From: Mobula hypostoma
Lineage: Eukaryota
Assembly: GCF_963921235.1 (NCBI RefSeq)
Contig: NC_086108.1
Span: forward strand, 114,392,001-114,456,000
DNA length: 64,000 nucleotides
Direction: 5' to 3'
Under the pieces are notes generated by a model, which saw only the letters and a list, made by a program, of their open reading frames with translations, was not told the origin of the DNA and did no database searches. Numbering within the stretch: position 1 is the first letter of the stretch; each line of letters begins with the position of its first letter. The translations under genes were made by a program, and so were the position numbers. Below, in pieces: positions 24,462 through 36,724 of the stretch.

Positions 24462-25212
24462 GATTGTTTGATGATTGTGGGCCTACACACAATGGAATTT
24501 AGAAGGATGGGGGTGACCTCACTGAAACTTATCAAGTGGTGAAAGGCTTTGATAGAGTGGATGTGGAAAGGATATTTCCTATAGTGGGGTAGGCTAGAAA
24601 CAGAGGGTACAACCTCAATAGAGGGATGTTTATTTGGAATGGTGATGGAGGAATTTCTTTAGCCAGAGGGTGGTGAATCTGTGGAATTCATTGCCATGGA
24701 TAGCTGTAGAGGCCAGGTCATTGGGTGTATTTAGGACAGAAGTTGATAGCTTCTTGATTAGTTAGTCAGGGTATGAAAGGTTATGGGGAGAAGGCAAGTG
24801 CATGGGGTTTGACAGGGAAATAGATCAGCCATGATGAAATGGTGGAGATGAATGGCCCAATTCTGCTCCTTATGTCTTCTGTTCTAACAGACCCCTCCCA
24901 TCCCTGTAATTATCCAAACTTCTTGTATGTTGAAATTGAACCCACATCCACCACTTCCACGGGCAGGTCGTTCCACATTCTCATCACTGAGTGAAGTTCC
25001 CCCACAATTTCCCCTTGAATATATCACCTTTCACCCTTAACCTATGAGCTCTAGTTCCTGTCTCACTCAACCAGAAGCCTGTTTGCATTTTCCCTTGCTA
25101 CAACAGAGAATATATCCTCTCCATCTTGCTCAAATTGTCATAGAGAACTCAAAAATAAATTCATAGAGGAACTGAAATAAGAAAAATTATGATGATTCAG
25201 AAACCCAGCTAT

Positions 25213-25740
25213 GCACTCAGTGGCCACTTTATCAGGGACACTTTTGTACCTGCTCATTAATGCAAATATCTAATCAGTCAACCATGTGACAGCAACTCAA
25301 AAAATAAAAGTATGCAGATGTGGTCAAGAGATTCAGTTGTTCAAATCAAACATCAGAATGAGGACGAAATGACTTTGTGACCAAGTTTGAGTGACTTTGA
25401 CCATAGAATGAAGGTTAGTGCCAGACAGGGTGATTTGAGTATCTCAGAAACTGATCTCCTGAGATTTCCACACAATCTCTAGAGTTTACAGAGAATGGAG
25501 TGAAAAACAAACGAAAACAACATCCAGTGGGCAGCGGTTCTGTGGGTGAAAACACCTTGTTAATGACAGAGGGCAGAGGAGAATGGCTAGAGTGGTTCAA
25601 ACTGACAGGAAGGTGACAGTAACTCAATGTGTTACAACAGTTGTGTGCAGAAGAGCATTTCTAAATGCACATAACCTTGAAGTGGATGGTTTCAGCAGAA
25701 CACCACTCATTCATTGGCCACTTTATTCAGTACAGGAGGT
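25213..25740 (+). mobile_element. Tc1-like non-autonomous relic
   Basis: Starts CACTCAGTGGCCACTTTAT, similar motif again near 25715; transposase N-terminal remnants (LSDFDHRM..SARQ..LSISET, LVNDRGQRRMARVVQTDRKVTVTQ). Confidence 0.6.
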
Positions 25741-26178
25741 AATCTGATAGAGGAGACTAGGCCAGTGAAGAAAGACAATGGTAGATGATAGGAAGATGAG
25801 GAGAGGAAACAAGAGGCCAGTATGGGGAATTGAAGAGAACAGGGAAGGAAATTTTTTTTAAAAAATGGAAAAAATTGGAAAAAGAAAAAAAATTACTGGA
25901 AGGGGAAATCCAGGTTCATGCCATCAGGTTGAGGCTACCTAGAGCAAACACAAAGTGTTACTCCTCCACCCTGAGAGTGGCCCCATCAGAAGAGGCCATG
26001 GCCGACATATCAGAACAGGAATGGGGATAGGAATTAAAGTGTTCTCATTCCAAACAAGGGTCATGTTTATTCACTCCCCCTCCTCAGGTAAAGAGCAATG
26101 ATTTCAACACTAGGGCAAGTGGAATCTCTACAATGCAAATTCTATTCAAGGCAGAACTAGTAACAACAGTAGCAAATG

Positions 26179-26184
26179 TTTATT
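26179..26184 (-). promoter_or_regulatory. Candidate polyadenylation signal (AATAAA) of the Lhx8-type gene; second candidate at 26066-26071
   Basis: TTTATT on the plus strand about 350 nt downstream of the stop codon, in non-repetitive sequence. Confidence 0.5.
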
Positions 26185-26529
26185 TTTTATGTCCAGAATC
26201 CAAAAGGTGCCAACTTAAACAGTGAAACAACAGGACTTCATGTTCCTTTCTGTCAATAGTCAACAGTATAAAACAGAGTTAGCAACACTGAAAACATACA
26301 ATAACTTAGCAATATAAACAAGTGTAACATTTACACACAAAGGTCAAGATTGTAAACATTTGGCACGCTTGTGTCCAGGAATTAGTCAAAGTGCTCCACT
26401 AGTACAAAGTATGTCAATAAATAGAATATTGGGGGGCAGTGGGGGAGAGACAGGAAATTTCCTCACACAGCACTGTGGAAAGTTGCCCAAGCTGACAATC
26501 CAGTGGTCAAAGCTGCTGAGAAAGGGGAT

Positions 26530-26603
26530 TCACGCATGACCTGTGGGCAACTCCGTCATCACATGAGAGGCAAGAGTTTGGAGCCCCAGTGACGGTGGCT
26601 GCA
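26530..26603 (-). CDS. lhx8: Lhx8-type gene, terminal coding exon
   Basis: Acceptor ttctgtttctccaacAG; phase-1 join gives VQPPSLGLQTLASHVMTELPTGHA-TGA, resembling the Lhx8 C-terminus (LGLQ...MTxLP..H); followed by non-repetitive AT-rich 3' UTR. Confidence 0.88.
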
Positions 26604-26615
26604 CTGTTGGAGAAA

Positions 26616-27190
26616 CAGAATCAGGTTTATTATCAAAGTGCAAAATGTCACTGTATACAACTCACTCATTTTCTCAATCAATCCAGTAGAACCAGAGTAA
26701 GCCTGCACCAATAGGGCAAACAGCCAGTGTGTGAAGGACAACTGTGCAAAAACAAAAAAAATATAATAAATAAGCAATAAATATGGAGAACATGAGATGA
26801 AGAGTCCTTGAAAGTGAGTCCATAGGTTGTGGGAAGTTTAGTAATGGGGTGAGTGAAGTTATCCCCTCTGGTTCAAGAGCCTGATGGTTGAGGGGTAATA
26901 ACTGTTCCCAGACCTGGTGGTACGAGTCCCCAAGGCTCCTGTTCCTGCTTCCTGATGGCAGCAGTGAGAAGAGAGCATATCCTGGGTGGTGGGGGTCCCT
27001 GAAGATGGATACCATTTTCCTGCGACCACACTCCACATAGATGTACTAAATGGTCGGGAAGACGTTATCCATGATGGACTGGGCTGTAGTCACTACTCTT
27101 TTTTAGGATTTTCTGTTTGGGGGCATTGGTGCTTCCACACCAGTCCATGATGCAACCAGTCCATAGACACTCCACTACACATCTACAGAA
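26616..27190 (-). mobile_element. Rex/Babar-L2-like LINE 3' fragment
   Basis: SIFRDPHHPGYALFSLLPSG.R.RSL motif, 3' UTR and AATAAACCTGATTCT tail. Confidence 0.75.
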
Positions 27191-27527
27191 CAGATACTGA
27201 TACAGGTTGTGAAATGTTGTTTAGAAGAAACAGTATGGAGCAGTGCATTAAAAATTACTGCAAGTTACAATAAGTAAAAAAATCAGTGCAATAAGAAAAA
27301 TACTGAAGTAATGTTGATTCATTGACTATTCAGTTATCTGTCAGCAGAGAAACTGTTCTAACATGTTTGAGTTCCTGTAGCTCCTTCAAGATGGGTAGTA
27401 ATGCAAAGAGGGCATGTCCTGGGTGGTGGGGTCCTTAATGATAGATGCTACTTTTTGAGGTATCACCTTTTGAAGACTTCTGCAATGGTGGGGAGGCTAG
27501 TGCCCATGATGGAGCTTGCTGAGTTTA

Positions 27528-27625
27528 AGGTCTGATGAAGTGTCTCAGCCCAAGACATCACCTGCTTTTTCCTCTCCGTAGATGCTGCCTCATCTGCTGT
27601 GTTCCTCCAACATTTTGTGTGTTAC
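27528..27625 (+). repeat. Short Penelope-type repeat carrying a degenerate minimal hammerhead ribozyme motif
   Basis: AGGT-CTGATGA-AGTGTCTCAGCCC-AAGAC-ATC-ACCT followed by GATGCTGCC..CTGCTG..TTCCTCC; related copies near 48620, 50945 and 51130-51252 (minus). Confidence 0.5.
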
Positions 27626-29109
27626 AACCCTTTAAAGTTTCTTCCTGATCCTGTACATTGGAGTCTCCAAACCAGATAGTGATGCAATCACTCAAAATGC
27701 TCTCCACAGTATATCTGTAGAAATTTGCTTTTTTATTTAAAAACTTGTACAACTTCACCATAACATTCCAAACCCTGTAGTCAATATCTTGATTTATTAA
27801 GGCCGATGTTCCAAAAGCTTTACAACCCTATCTACCTGTGACATCACTTCCAATGGATTATGGACCTGTTTTCCCATATCCCTTTGTTCTACCACACTCC
27901 TCAGTGCCCTACCATTTATTGTGTAAGGCCTACCAACAATCAACACCTACACCAGCTGTCAGAAACACTCAGTTTGCCTATGTAGAGAGAGGAAAAACAA
28001 TGTTTCAGATTGAAGACAAGGCTCTTTGATATGAAACATTCACTGTTTTTCTCTCCAGAGGCTGACTTGCTGAGTGTTTCCATTCCTATTTCTGAAACCT
28101 TGCAATAAAATTTTGCAAACTGAAGTATTGTAAAGAGGACTACAGAACTCCACGTCTCTCACAATTCTCCTTTCCAACAAGATTTGGACTTTGCTGACAA
28201 CCTCCTGACTTGGCCAATTCCATTGTGGATACAGCTTTCTCCATTATTGAGATCATCTACAAGAGGTGACAGCTCAGGAAGGTGACATCCACAATCCAGG
28301 CCATACCTTCTTATTAATGCTGCCATCAGGAGCTGAAAAGCCCACACCTGAAGGTTCAGTTTCTTCCCATACCATCAGGTTCTTGAGTCAACCTGAAAAT
28401 CCCCCAAGACTACCTTGAACTTCATTTCCTTACTCCCCTCAATTGGCACCAATGTTACGTTTATTGTTGTCATGCAAATCATAAAATTTACATTAATTTC
28501 AATCTGTTAACTTGGCTGCCATGTACTATACTGCTAGGCAGAAAAGGCTCATTTTGATTGTATTTATACAATCAGTGTGTGTGCCCATGACAATAAACCA
28601 AAATTTGAACCTTGAGGTGATGCATTCCACAGATCAAGATGCATAGAAGCAAAGGTTTGCCTTATCAGACCAGAAGGTAGAAATGATCCACCCTCATGTC
28701 AGCTGAAGGCAATTTAAATTAATGAATTCTTAGTAGTGTGGAGGAACAGAGAGATCTTGGGGTCCATGTCCAGATTCCTCAAATTTGCTGAGCATTATGG
28801 TGTGGTGTGTTGGCCTTCATTAGCTAGGGGACTGAGATCAAGAGCCATGAGGTAATGTTGCAGCTCTGCAAAGCCCTGGTTAGACCACTTTTGGAATATT
28901 GTGTTCAGTTCTGGTCACCTCACTATAGGAAGGATGTGGAAGCTTTAGAAAGGGTGCAGAGGGGATTTACCAGGATGCTGCCCAGCTTAGAGGATGGGTT
29001 GAGCAAGCCAAGTTTACCCCTTTGAAGTGAATGAATACGAGAGATAACTTAATTGAGGTGTACAAGATGAGGGATGATCTAGTGGACAGCCAGCAAAACC
29101 TGGGCAGAA

Positions 29110-31647
29110 ATAGAAACATAGAAAATAGGTGCAGGAGTAGGCCATTCGGCCCTTCAAGCCTGCACCGCCATTTATTATGATCATGGCTGATCATCCAACT
29201 CAGAACCCCGCCCCAGCCTTCCCTCCATACCCCCTGACCCCTGTAGCCACAAGGGCCATATCTAACTCCCTCTTAAACATAGCCAATGAACCGGCCTCAA
29301 CAGTTTCCTGTGGCAGAGAATTCCACAGATTCACCACTCTCTGTGTGAAGAAGTTTTTCCTAATCTCGGTCCTAAAAGGCTTCCCCTCTATCCTCAAACT
29401 GTGACCCCTCGTTCTGGACTTCCCCAACATCGGGAACAATCTTCCTGCATCTAGCCTGTCCAATCCCTTTAGGATCTTATACGTTTCAATCAGATCCCCC
29501 CTCAATCTTCTAAATTCCAACGAGTACAAGCCCAGTTCATCCAGTCTTTCTTCATATGAAAGTCCTGCCATCCCAGGAATCAATCTGGTGAACCTTCTTT
29601 GTACTCCCTCTATGGCAAAGATGTCTTTCCTCAGATTAGAGGACCAAAACTGCACACAATACTCCAGGTGTGGTCTCACCAAGGCCTTGTACAACTGCAG
29701 TAGTACCTCCCTGCTCCTGTACTCGAATCCTCTCGCTATAAATGCCAGCATACCATTCGCCTTTTTCACCACCTGCTGTACCTGCATGCCCACTTTCAAT
29801 GACTGGTGTATAATGACACCCAGGTCTCGTTGCACCTCCCCTTTTCCTAATCGGCCACCATTCAGATAATAATCTGTTTTCCTATTTTTGCCACCAAAGT
29901 GGATAACTTCACATTTATCCACATTAAATTGCATCTGCCATGAGTTTGCCCACTCACCCAACCTATCCAAGTCACTCTGCATCTTCTTAGCATCCTCCTC
30001 ACTGCTAACACTGCCACCCAGCTTCGTGTCATTCGCAAACTTGGAGATGCTGCATTTAATTCCCTCATCCAAGTCATTAATATATATTGTAAACAACTGG
30101 GGTCCCAGCACTGAGCCTTGCGGTACCCCACTAGTCACCGCCTGCCATTCTGAAAAGGTCCCGTTTATTCCCACTCTTTGCTTCCTGTCTGCTAACCAAT
30201 TCTCCACCCACACCAATACCTTACCCCCAATACCGTGTGCTTTAAGTTTGCACACTAATCTCCTGTGTGGGACCTTGTCAAAAGCCTTTTGAAAATCCAA
30301 ATATACCACATCCACTGGTTCTCCCCTATCCACTCTACTAGTTACATCCTCAAAAAATTCTATGAGATTCGTCAGACATGATTTTCCTTTCACAAATCCA
30401 TGCTGACTTTGTCCGATCATTTCACCGCTTTCCAAATGTGCTGTTATCACATCCTTGATAACTGACTCCAGCAGTTTCCCCACCACCGACGTTAGGCTAA
30501 CCAGTCTATAATTCCCCGGTTTCTCTCTCCCTCCTTTTTTAAAAAGTGGGCTTACATTAGCCACCCTCCAATCCTCAGGAACTAGTCCAGAATCTAACGA
30601 GTTTTGAAAAATTATCACTAATGCATCCACTATTTCTTGGGCTACTTCCTTAAGCACTCTGGGATGCAGACCATCTGGCCCTGGGGATTTATCTGCCTTC
30701 AATCCCTTCAATTTACCTAACACCACTTCCCTACTAACATGTATTTCACTCAGTTCCTCCATCTCACTGGACCCTCTGTCCCTTACTATTTCTGGAAGAT
30801 TAATTATGTCCTCCTTAGTGAAGACAGAACCAAAGTAATTATTCAATTGGTCTGCCATGTCCTTGCTCCCCATAATCAATTCACCTGTTTCTGTCTGCAG
30901 GGGACCTACATTTGTCTTTACCAGTCTTTTCCTTTTTACATATCTATAAAAGCTTTTACAGTCCATTTTTATGTTCCCCACCAGTTTTCTCTCAATCTTT
31001 TTTCCCCTTCCTAATTAAGCCCTTTGTCCTCCTCTGCTGAACTCTGAATTTCTCCCAGTCCTCAGGTGAGCCACTTTCTCTGGCCAATTTGTATGCTACT
31101 TCTTTGGAATTGATACTATCCCTAATTTCTCTTGTCAGCCACGGGTGCACTACCTTCCTTGATTTATTCTTTTGCCAAACTGGGATGAACAATTGTTGTA
31201 GTTCATCCATGCAACCTTTAAATGCCTGCCATTGCATATCCACTGTCAATCCTTTAAGTGTCATTTGCCAGTCTATCTTAGCTAATTCACGTCTCATACC
31301 TTCAAAGTTACCCCTCTAAGTTCAGAACCTTTGTTTCAGAATTAACTATGTCACTCTCCATATTAATGAATTCCCACCATATTATGGTCACTCTTACCCA
31401 AGGGGCCTCTCACGACAAGATCGCTAATTAACCTTTCCTCATTGCTCAAAACCCAGTCCAGAATAGCCTGCTCTCCAGTTGGTTCCTCGACATGTTGGTT
31501 CAAAAAACCATCCCGCATACATTCCAAGAAATCCTCTTCCTCAGCACCTTTACCAATTTGGTTCACCCAGTCTACATGTAGATTGAAGTCACCCATTATA
31601 ACTGCTGTTCCTTTATTGCACACATTATAACTGCTGTTCCTTTATTA
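29110..31647 (-). mobile_element. 5'-truncated CR1 family A copy in the last Lhx8 intron
   Basis: ORF 29200-30981 (RT; FAND instead of FADD) with frameshifts upstream; AAAT duplicated at flanks; sits in an older CR1 (about 28730-31805, tail at 36065-36165). Confidence 0.92.
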
Positions 31648-31869
31648 AATGGTTAATACAAGATGAGAAAGTGTCAGAGGCTTTTTTAAAAAATACAAAT
31701 ACAGAGTGGTAGGTGTGTGGAACGTGCTACCAGGGGTGGTGGTAGAGGCGGATACATTAGGGACATTTAAGAAACTCTTAGATAGGCACGTGGATGATAG
31801 AAAAGGTCATAAGATATCAGAGCAGAATTAAACCATTTAATCCATCAAAACTGTTCTGTCATTTCATCA

Positions 31870-32735
31870 TGACTCATCAATTCTGTCATCCAAGTCATTG
31901 ATAATGTAAAGCGAATCAGTCCCAACACAGACCTGTAGAACACTACTAGTCACCGGCACCCAACCAGAAAAGGCTCCCTTGATTCCCACTCTTTGCCTCC
32001 TGCAAATTAGCCACTGCTTTATCCATGCTAGAACCTTTCCTGTGGCTCCAAGTTCTTAAGCTGCCTTATGTGTGGCACCTTATCAAAGGTCTTCTGAAAA
32101 TCCAACACATCAACTGATTCTTCTTTGTCCATCTTGCTTGTTACTTCAAAGAATTCCAACAGGTTAGTAAGGCAAGATTTTCCCTTGGGGAAACCATGCT
32201 GACTATGCCTCATTTTATCACACGACTCCAATTACCCCAAAACCACATCCTTAACAATCAACTCCAACATCTTCCCAACCACTGAGGTCAGACTAACTGG
32301 CCTATAATTTCCTTTCTTCTGCCTCTCTCCCTTCTTGAAGGGTGGAGTGTATCCAGGACCATTGCAGAATCAAGTGATTCTTGAAAGATCATTACAAATG
32401 CTTCCACCATCTCCTCAGCCACCTCTTTCAGAACTCTGGGGTGTACATCATCTGGTCCAGGTGACTTATCTACCTTCATACCATTCAGTTTTCCCCAAGA
32501 ACCTTCTCCCTGGTAATGACAACTTCACATACTTCTGCCCCGACACTCTTGAACTACTAGCATACTGCTTGTCTCCCCCACAGTGAAGACTGATGGAAAA
32601 CACTTATTCAGTTCATCCATCATTTCATTGCCCTCCATGGCAACCTCTCCAGCATTGTTTTCCGGAGGTCTGACATCTACTCTCACCTCTCTATCACAAT
32701 ATGTATCTAAAGAAACTTATATCCTCGAATATTAC
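31870..32735 (-). mobile_element. Older degenerate CR1 RT fragment
   Basis: ORFs 32028-32231 and 32288-32479 (DKSPGPD, SQHGF). Confidence 0.8.
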
Positions 32736-32741
32736 TGGATA

Positions 32742-35700
32742 TAACAATATAACAGCACAGAAACAGGCCACCTCGGCCCTTCTAGTCCATGTCAAATGCT
32801 TACTCTCACCTAGTCCCATCTACCTGCACTCAGCCCATAACCCTCCTTTCCTGTCCATATACCCATCCAATTTATCTTTTTTTAAAAAAAGACAAAATCA
32901 AACCTGCCTCTACCACTTCTACTGAAAGCTCATTCCACACAGCTACCACTCTCTGAGTAAAGAAGTTCCCCCTCATGTTACCCCTAAACTTTTGCCCTTT
33001 AACTTTCATGTCCTCTTGTTTGGATCTCCCCTACTCTCAATGGAAAAAGCCTATCCACATCAACTCTATCTATCCCTCTCATAATTTTAAACGCCTCTAT
33101 CAAGTCCCCCCCTCAACCTTCTATGCTCCAAAGAATAAAGATCCAACTTGTTCAACCTTTCTCTGTAACTTAGGTGCTGAAACCCAGGTAACATTCTAGT
33201 AAATCTTCTCTGTACTCTCTCAATTTTATTGACATCTTTCCTATAATTCAGTGACCAGAACTGTACACAATACTCCAAATTTGGCCTCACCAATGCCTTG
33301 TACAATTTTAACATTACATCCCAACTCCTATACTCAATGCTCTGATTAATAAAGGCCAGCATACCAAAAGCTTTCTTCACCGCCCTATCCACATGAGATT
33401 CCACCCTCAGGGAACTATACACCATTATTCCTAGATCCCTCAGTTCTACTGCATTCCTCAATGCCCTACCATTTACCATTTATGTCCTATTTTGATTAAT
33501 CCTGTTTTAAAATGACAAAATCAAACCTGCCTCTACCACTTCTACTGAAATCTCATTCCACACAGCTACCACTGAATAAAGAAGTTCTGGTCCCCAAAAT
33601 GTAGCACCTCACACATATCAGCATTAAACTCCATCTGCCATCTTTCAGCCCACTCTTCTAACTGGCCCAAATCTCTCTGCAAGCTTTGAAAACCTACTTC
33701 ATTATCCACAACACCACCTATCTTAGTATCATCTGCGTACTTACTAATCCAATTTACCACCCCATCATCCAGATCATTAATGTATATGACAAACAACATT
33801 GGACCCAGAACAGATCCCTGAGGCACACCACTAGTCACAGACCTCCAACCTGACAAACAGTTATCCACCACTACTCTCTGGCATCTCCCATCCAGCCACT
33901 GTTGAATCCATTTTACTACTTCAATATTAATACCTAATGATTGAACCTTCCTAACTAACCTTCATGTGGAACCTTGTCAAAGGCCTTACTGAAGTCCATA
34001 TAGACAACATCCACTGTTTTATCCTGGTCAATTTTCCTAGTAACCTCTTCAAAAAATTCAATAAGATTTGTCAAACATAACCTTCCTCGCACAAATCCAT
34101 GTTGACTGTTCCTAATCAGACCCCGTCTATCCAGATAGTTATATATACCATCTCTAAGAATACTTTCCATTAATTTACCCACCACTGACATCAAACTCAC
34201 AGGCCAATAATTGCTAGGTTTACTTTTAGAACCCTTTTTAAACAATGGATCCACATGAGCAATACGCCAATCCTCCGGCACCATACCCGTTTCTAATGAC
34301 ATTTGAAATATTTCTGTCAGAACCCCTGCTATTTCTACACTAACTTCCCTCAAGGTCCTATGGAATATCCTGTCAGGACCCAGAGACTTATCCACTTTCA
34401 TATTCCTTAAAAGTGCCAGTACTTCCTCTTCTTTAATCATAGTTTCCATAACTACCCTATTTGTTTCCCTTACCTCACACAATTCAATATCCTTCTCCTT
34501 AGTGAATACCGAAGAAATTGTTCAAACTTTCCCCCATCTCTTTTGGCTCTGCACATAGCTGTCCACTTTGATTCTCTAAGGGACCAATTTTAATCCCTCA
34601 CTATCCATTTACTATTAATACAACTGTAGAAACCCTTTGGATTTATTTTCACCTTGCTTGCCAAAGCAACATCATATCTTCTTTTAGCTTTTCTCATCTC
34701 TTTAAGATTCTTTTTACATTCTTTATATTCCTCGAGCACCTCATTTTCTCCATGCTGCCTATGTTTATTGTAGATCTCTCTCTTTTCCCAAACCAAGTTT
34801 CCAATATCCCTTGAAAACCCACGGCTGTCTCAAACTTCTAACCTTTCCTTCCAATCTAACAGGAACATAAAGATTCTGTATGCTCAAAATTTCACCTTTA
34901 AATGTCCTCCACTTCTCTATTACATCCTTCCCATATAACAATTGTCCCAATCCACTCCTTCTAAATCCTTCCGCATCTCCTCAAAGTTAGCCTTTCTCCA
35001 ATCAAAAATCTCAACCCTGGGCCCAGTCCTATCCTTCTCCATAATTATATTGAAATTAATGGCATTGTGATCACTGGACCCGAAGTACTCCCCAACACAT
35101 ACCTCCGTCACCTGACCTATCTCATTCCCTAACAGGAGATCCAACACTGCCCCTTCCCTAGTTGGTACCTCTATGTATTGCTCAAAAAAAAATTATCCTG
35201 CACACATTTTACAAACTCCAAACCATCCAGCCCTTTTACAGAATGAGCTTCCCAGTCTATGTGTGGAAAATTAAAATCTCCCACAATCACAACCTTGTGC
35301 TTACTACAAATATTTGCTATCTCCTTACAAATTTGCTCCTCCAATTCTCATTCCCCATTAGGTGGTCTATAATACACCCCTATAGGTGTTACTACACCTT
35401 TCCCATTCCTCAATTCCACCCAAATAGCCTCCCTAGACGAGCCCTCTAATCTATCCTGCCAAAGCACCACTGTAATATTTTCTCTGACAAGCAATGCAAC
35501 ACCTCCCCCTCTTGCCCCTCTGATTCTATCACACCTGAAACAATGAAATCCAGGAATATTTAGTTGCCAATCACACCCCTCCTGCAACCACGTTTCACTA
35601 ATAGCTACAACATATTTCCAGGTATCAATCCATGCTCTAAGCTCATCCACCTTTCTTACAATGCTCCTAGCATTAAAATAGATGCATATAAGAAACCCTC

Positions 35701-36006
35701 CACCTCTTACTCTGTTTATCCCTAATGGTGCAAACAACCATCTTTTTCTTCCTTCTCCCCTACATCTTCGGTCTAAGCGCTCCCCTTCTCATCTCCTGCC
35801 TATCCTCCCTCACACACTGTCCACTAGCTTTCTCTATTTGTGAACTAACACCTCTCTCCTAGTCTCTTCAATTTGATTCCCACTCCCCAACCATTCTAGT
35901 TTAAAATCTCCCCAGTAGCCTTCGCAAATCTCCCCGCCAGGATATTGGTCCCCCTAGGATTCGAGTGCAACCTGTCCTTTTTGTACAGGTCACACCTGCC
36001 CCAAAA
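32742..36006 (-). mobile_element. CR1 LINE (family C) from end of ORF1 to 3' tail, degenerate
   Basis: ORF1 end (LYKKDRLHSNPRGTNILAGRF...ILN-stop), APE (NARS, SETWL, YRPP), RT (YADD), 3' UTR. Confidence 0.88.
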
Positions 36007-36215
36007 GCTTACCTTCATAATCAATCTTTTCTTTCTTACTTTTTTTTTATATAAAAGTTGCCACTGGAAAAATGCTGGGCTGTGTAGGAGAGAAGGGTTA
36101 GACTGATCTTGGAGAAGGTTAAAAGGTTGGCATGACATGGACAGAAGGGCCTATATTGTTATTTTCTAAATCCAAGAGTTGCTGCTCATTAGGTCACAGC
36201 AGACAGTGAACTCAC

Positions 36216-36399
36216 CGTCCATGTAGGTGTGCAGGCTGGTCAACATCTGCCCATCTGGGGTGACATATGCTCTGTAAGCCATTTCATCCAGCGCTGGTTG
36301 AGAGATGTTCTCCTGGTGCACAGTGGTCATGGTGGCAGCTGACAGCTGACTGGGACCCACGTGCTTTTTGTGACGAGCTCTACAGTTCTGAAACCAAAC
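36216..36399 (-). CDS. lhx8: Lhx8-type gene, homeodomain helix 3 and C-terminal region
   Basis: VWFQNCRARHKKHVGPSQLSAATMTTVHQENISQPALDEMAYRAYVTPDGQMLTSLHTYMD; WFQNCRARHKKH is the Lhx6/8 signature and EMAY-AYV--DG-MLT-LH-YMD is Lhx8-like; acceptor ttacAG, donor G|GTGAGT; 184 nt, phase 0 to 1. Confidence 0.95.
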
Positions 36400-36724
36400 C
36401 TGTAACATCATTTTGCCTTTTCAGAAAATGTAACACACACAACTAGGTTCTTAATTGATCAGAGCAAAGGTTTACGGGGAAAAGGCAGGAGAATGGGGTT
36501 GAGAGAGATAATAAATCAGCTATGATGGAATGGTGGAGCAGACACAAGGGGTCAAATGTCTTAATTCTGCTCGTCTGTCTTATGGTCCAAATACATTTCG
36601 CATCAGTGACACTTCTGATGTTGCTCACATTATGGATTAATACAGCACACAACTTTCAGCTCAGTGTCCTTCTTAACCATCACAGCACATCCCAGTCACC
36701 AGCACCCCTCTGTCTTTGTAATTC

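Larger units (their letters stand above)
18583..24885 (+). mobile_element. Older degenerate CR1, split by the full-length family A element (pieces 18583-19772 and 24462-24885)
   Basis: RT fragments in ORFs 18621-19654; sequence resumes in register after 24462 and ends in ATTCTGCTCC. Confidence 0.85.

Noticed and set aside
28159..28256. Phase-compatible alternative last exon (DDLNNGESCIHNGIGQVRRLSAKSKSCWKGEL) with a ttgtAG acceptor
   Set aside because: No similarity to Lhx6/8 C-termini and no nearby sense polyA signal; 26530-26603 fits far better.
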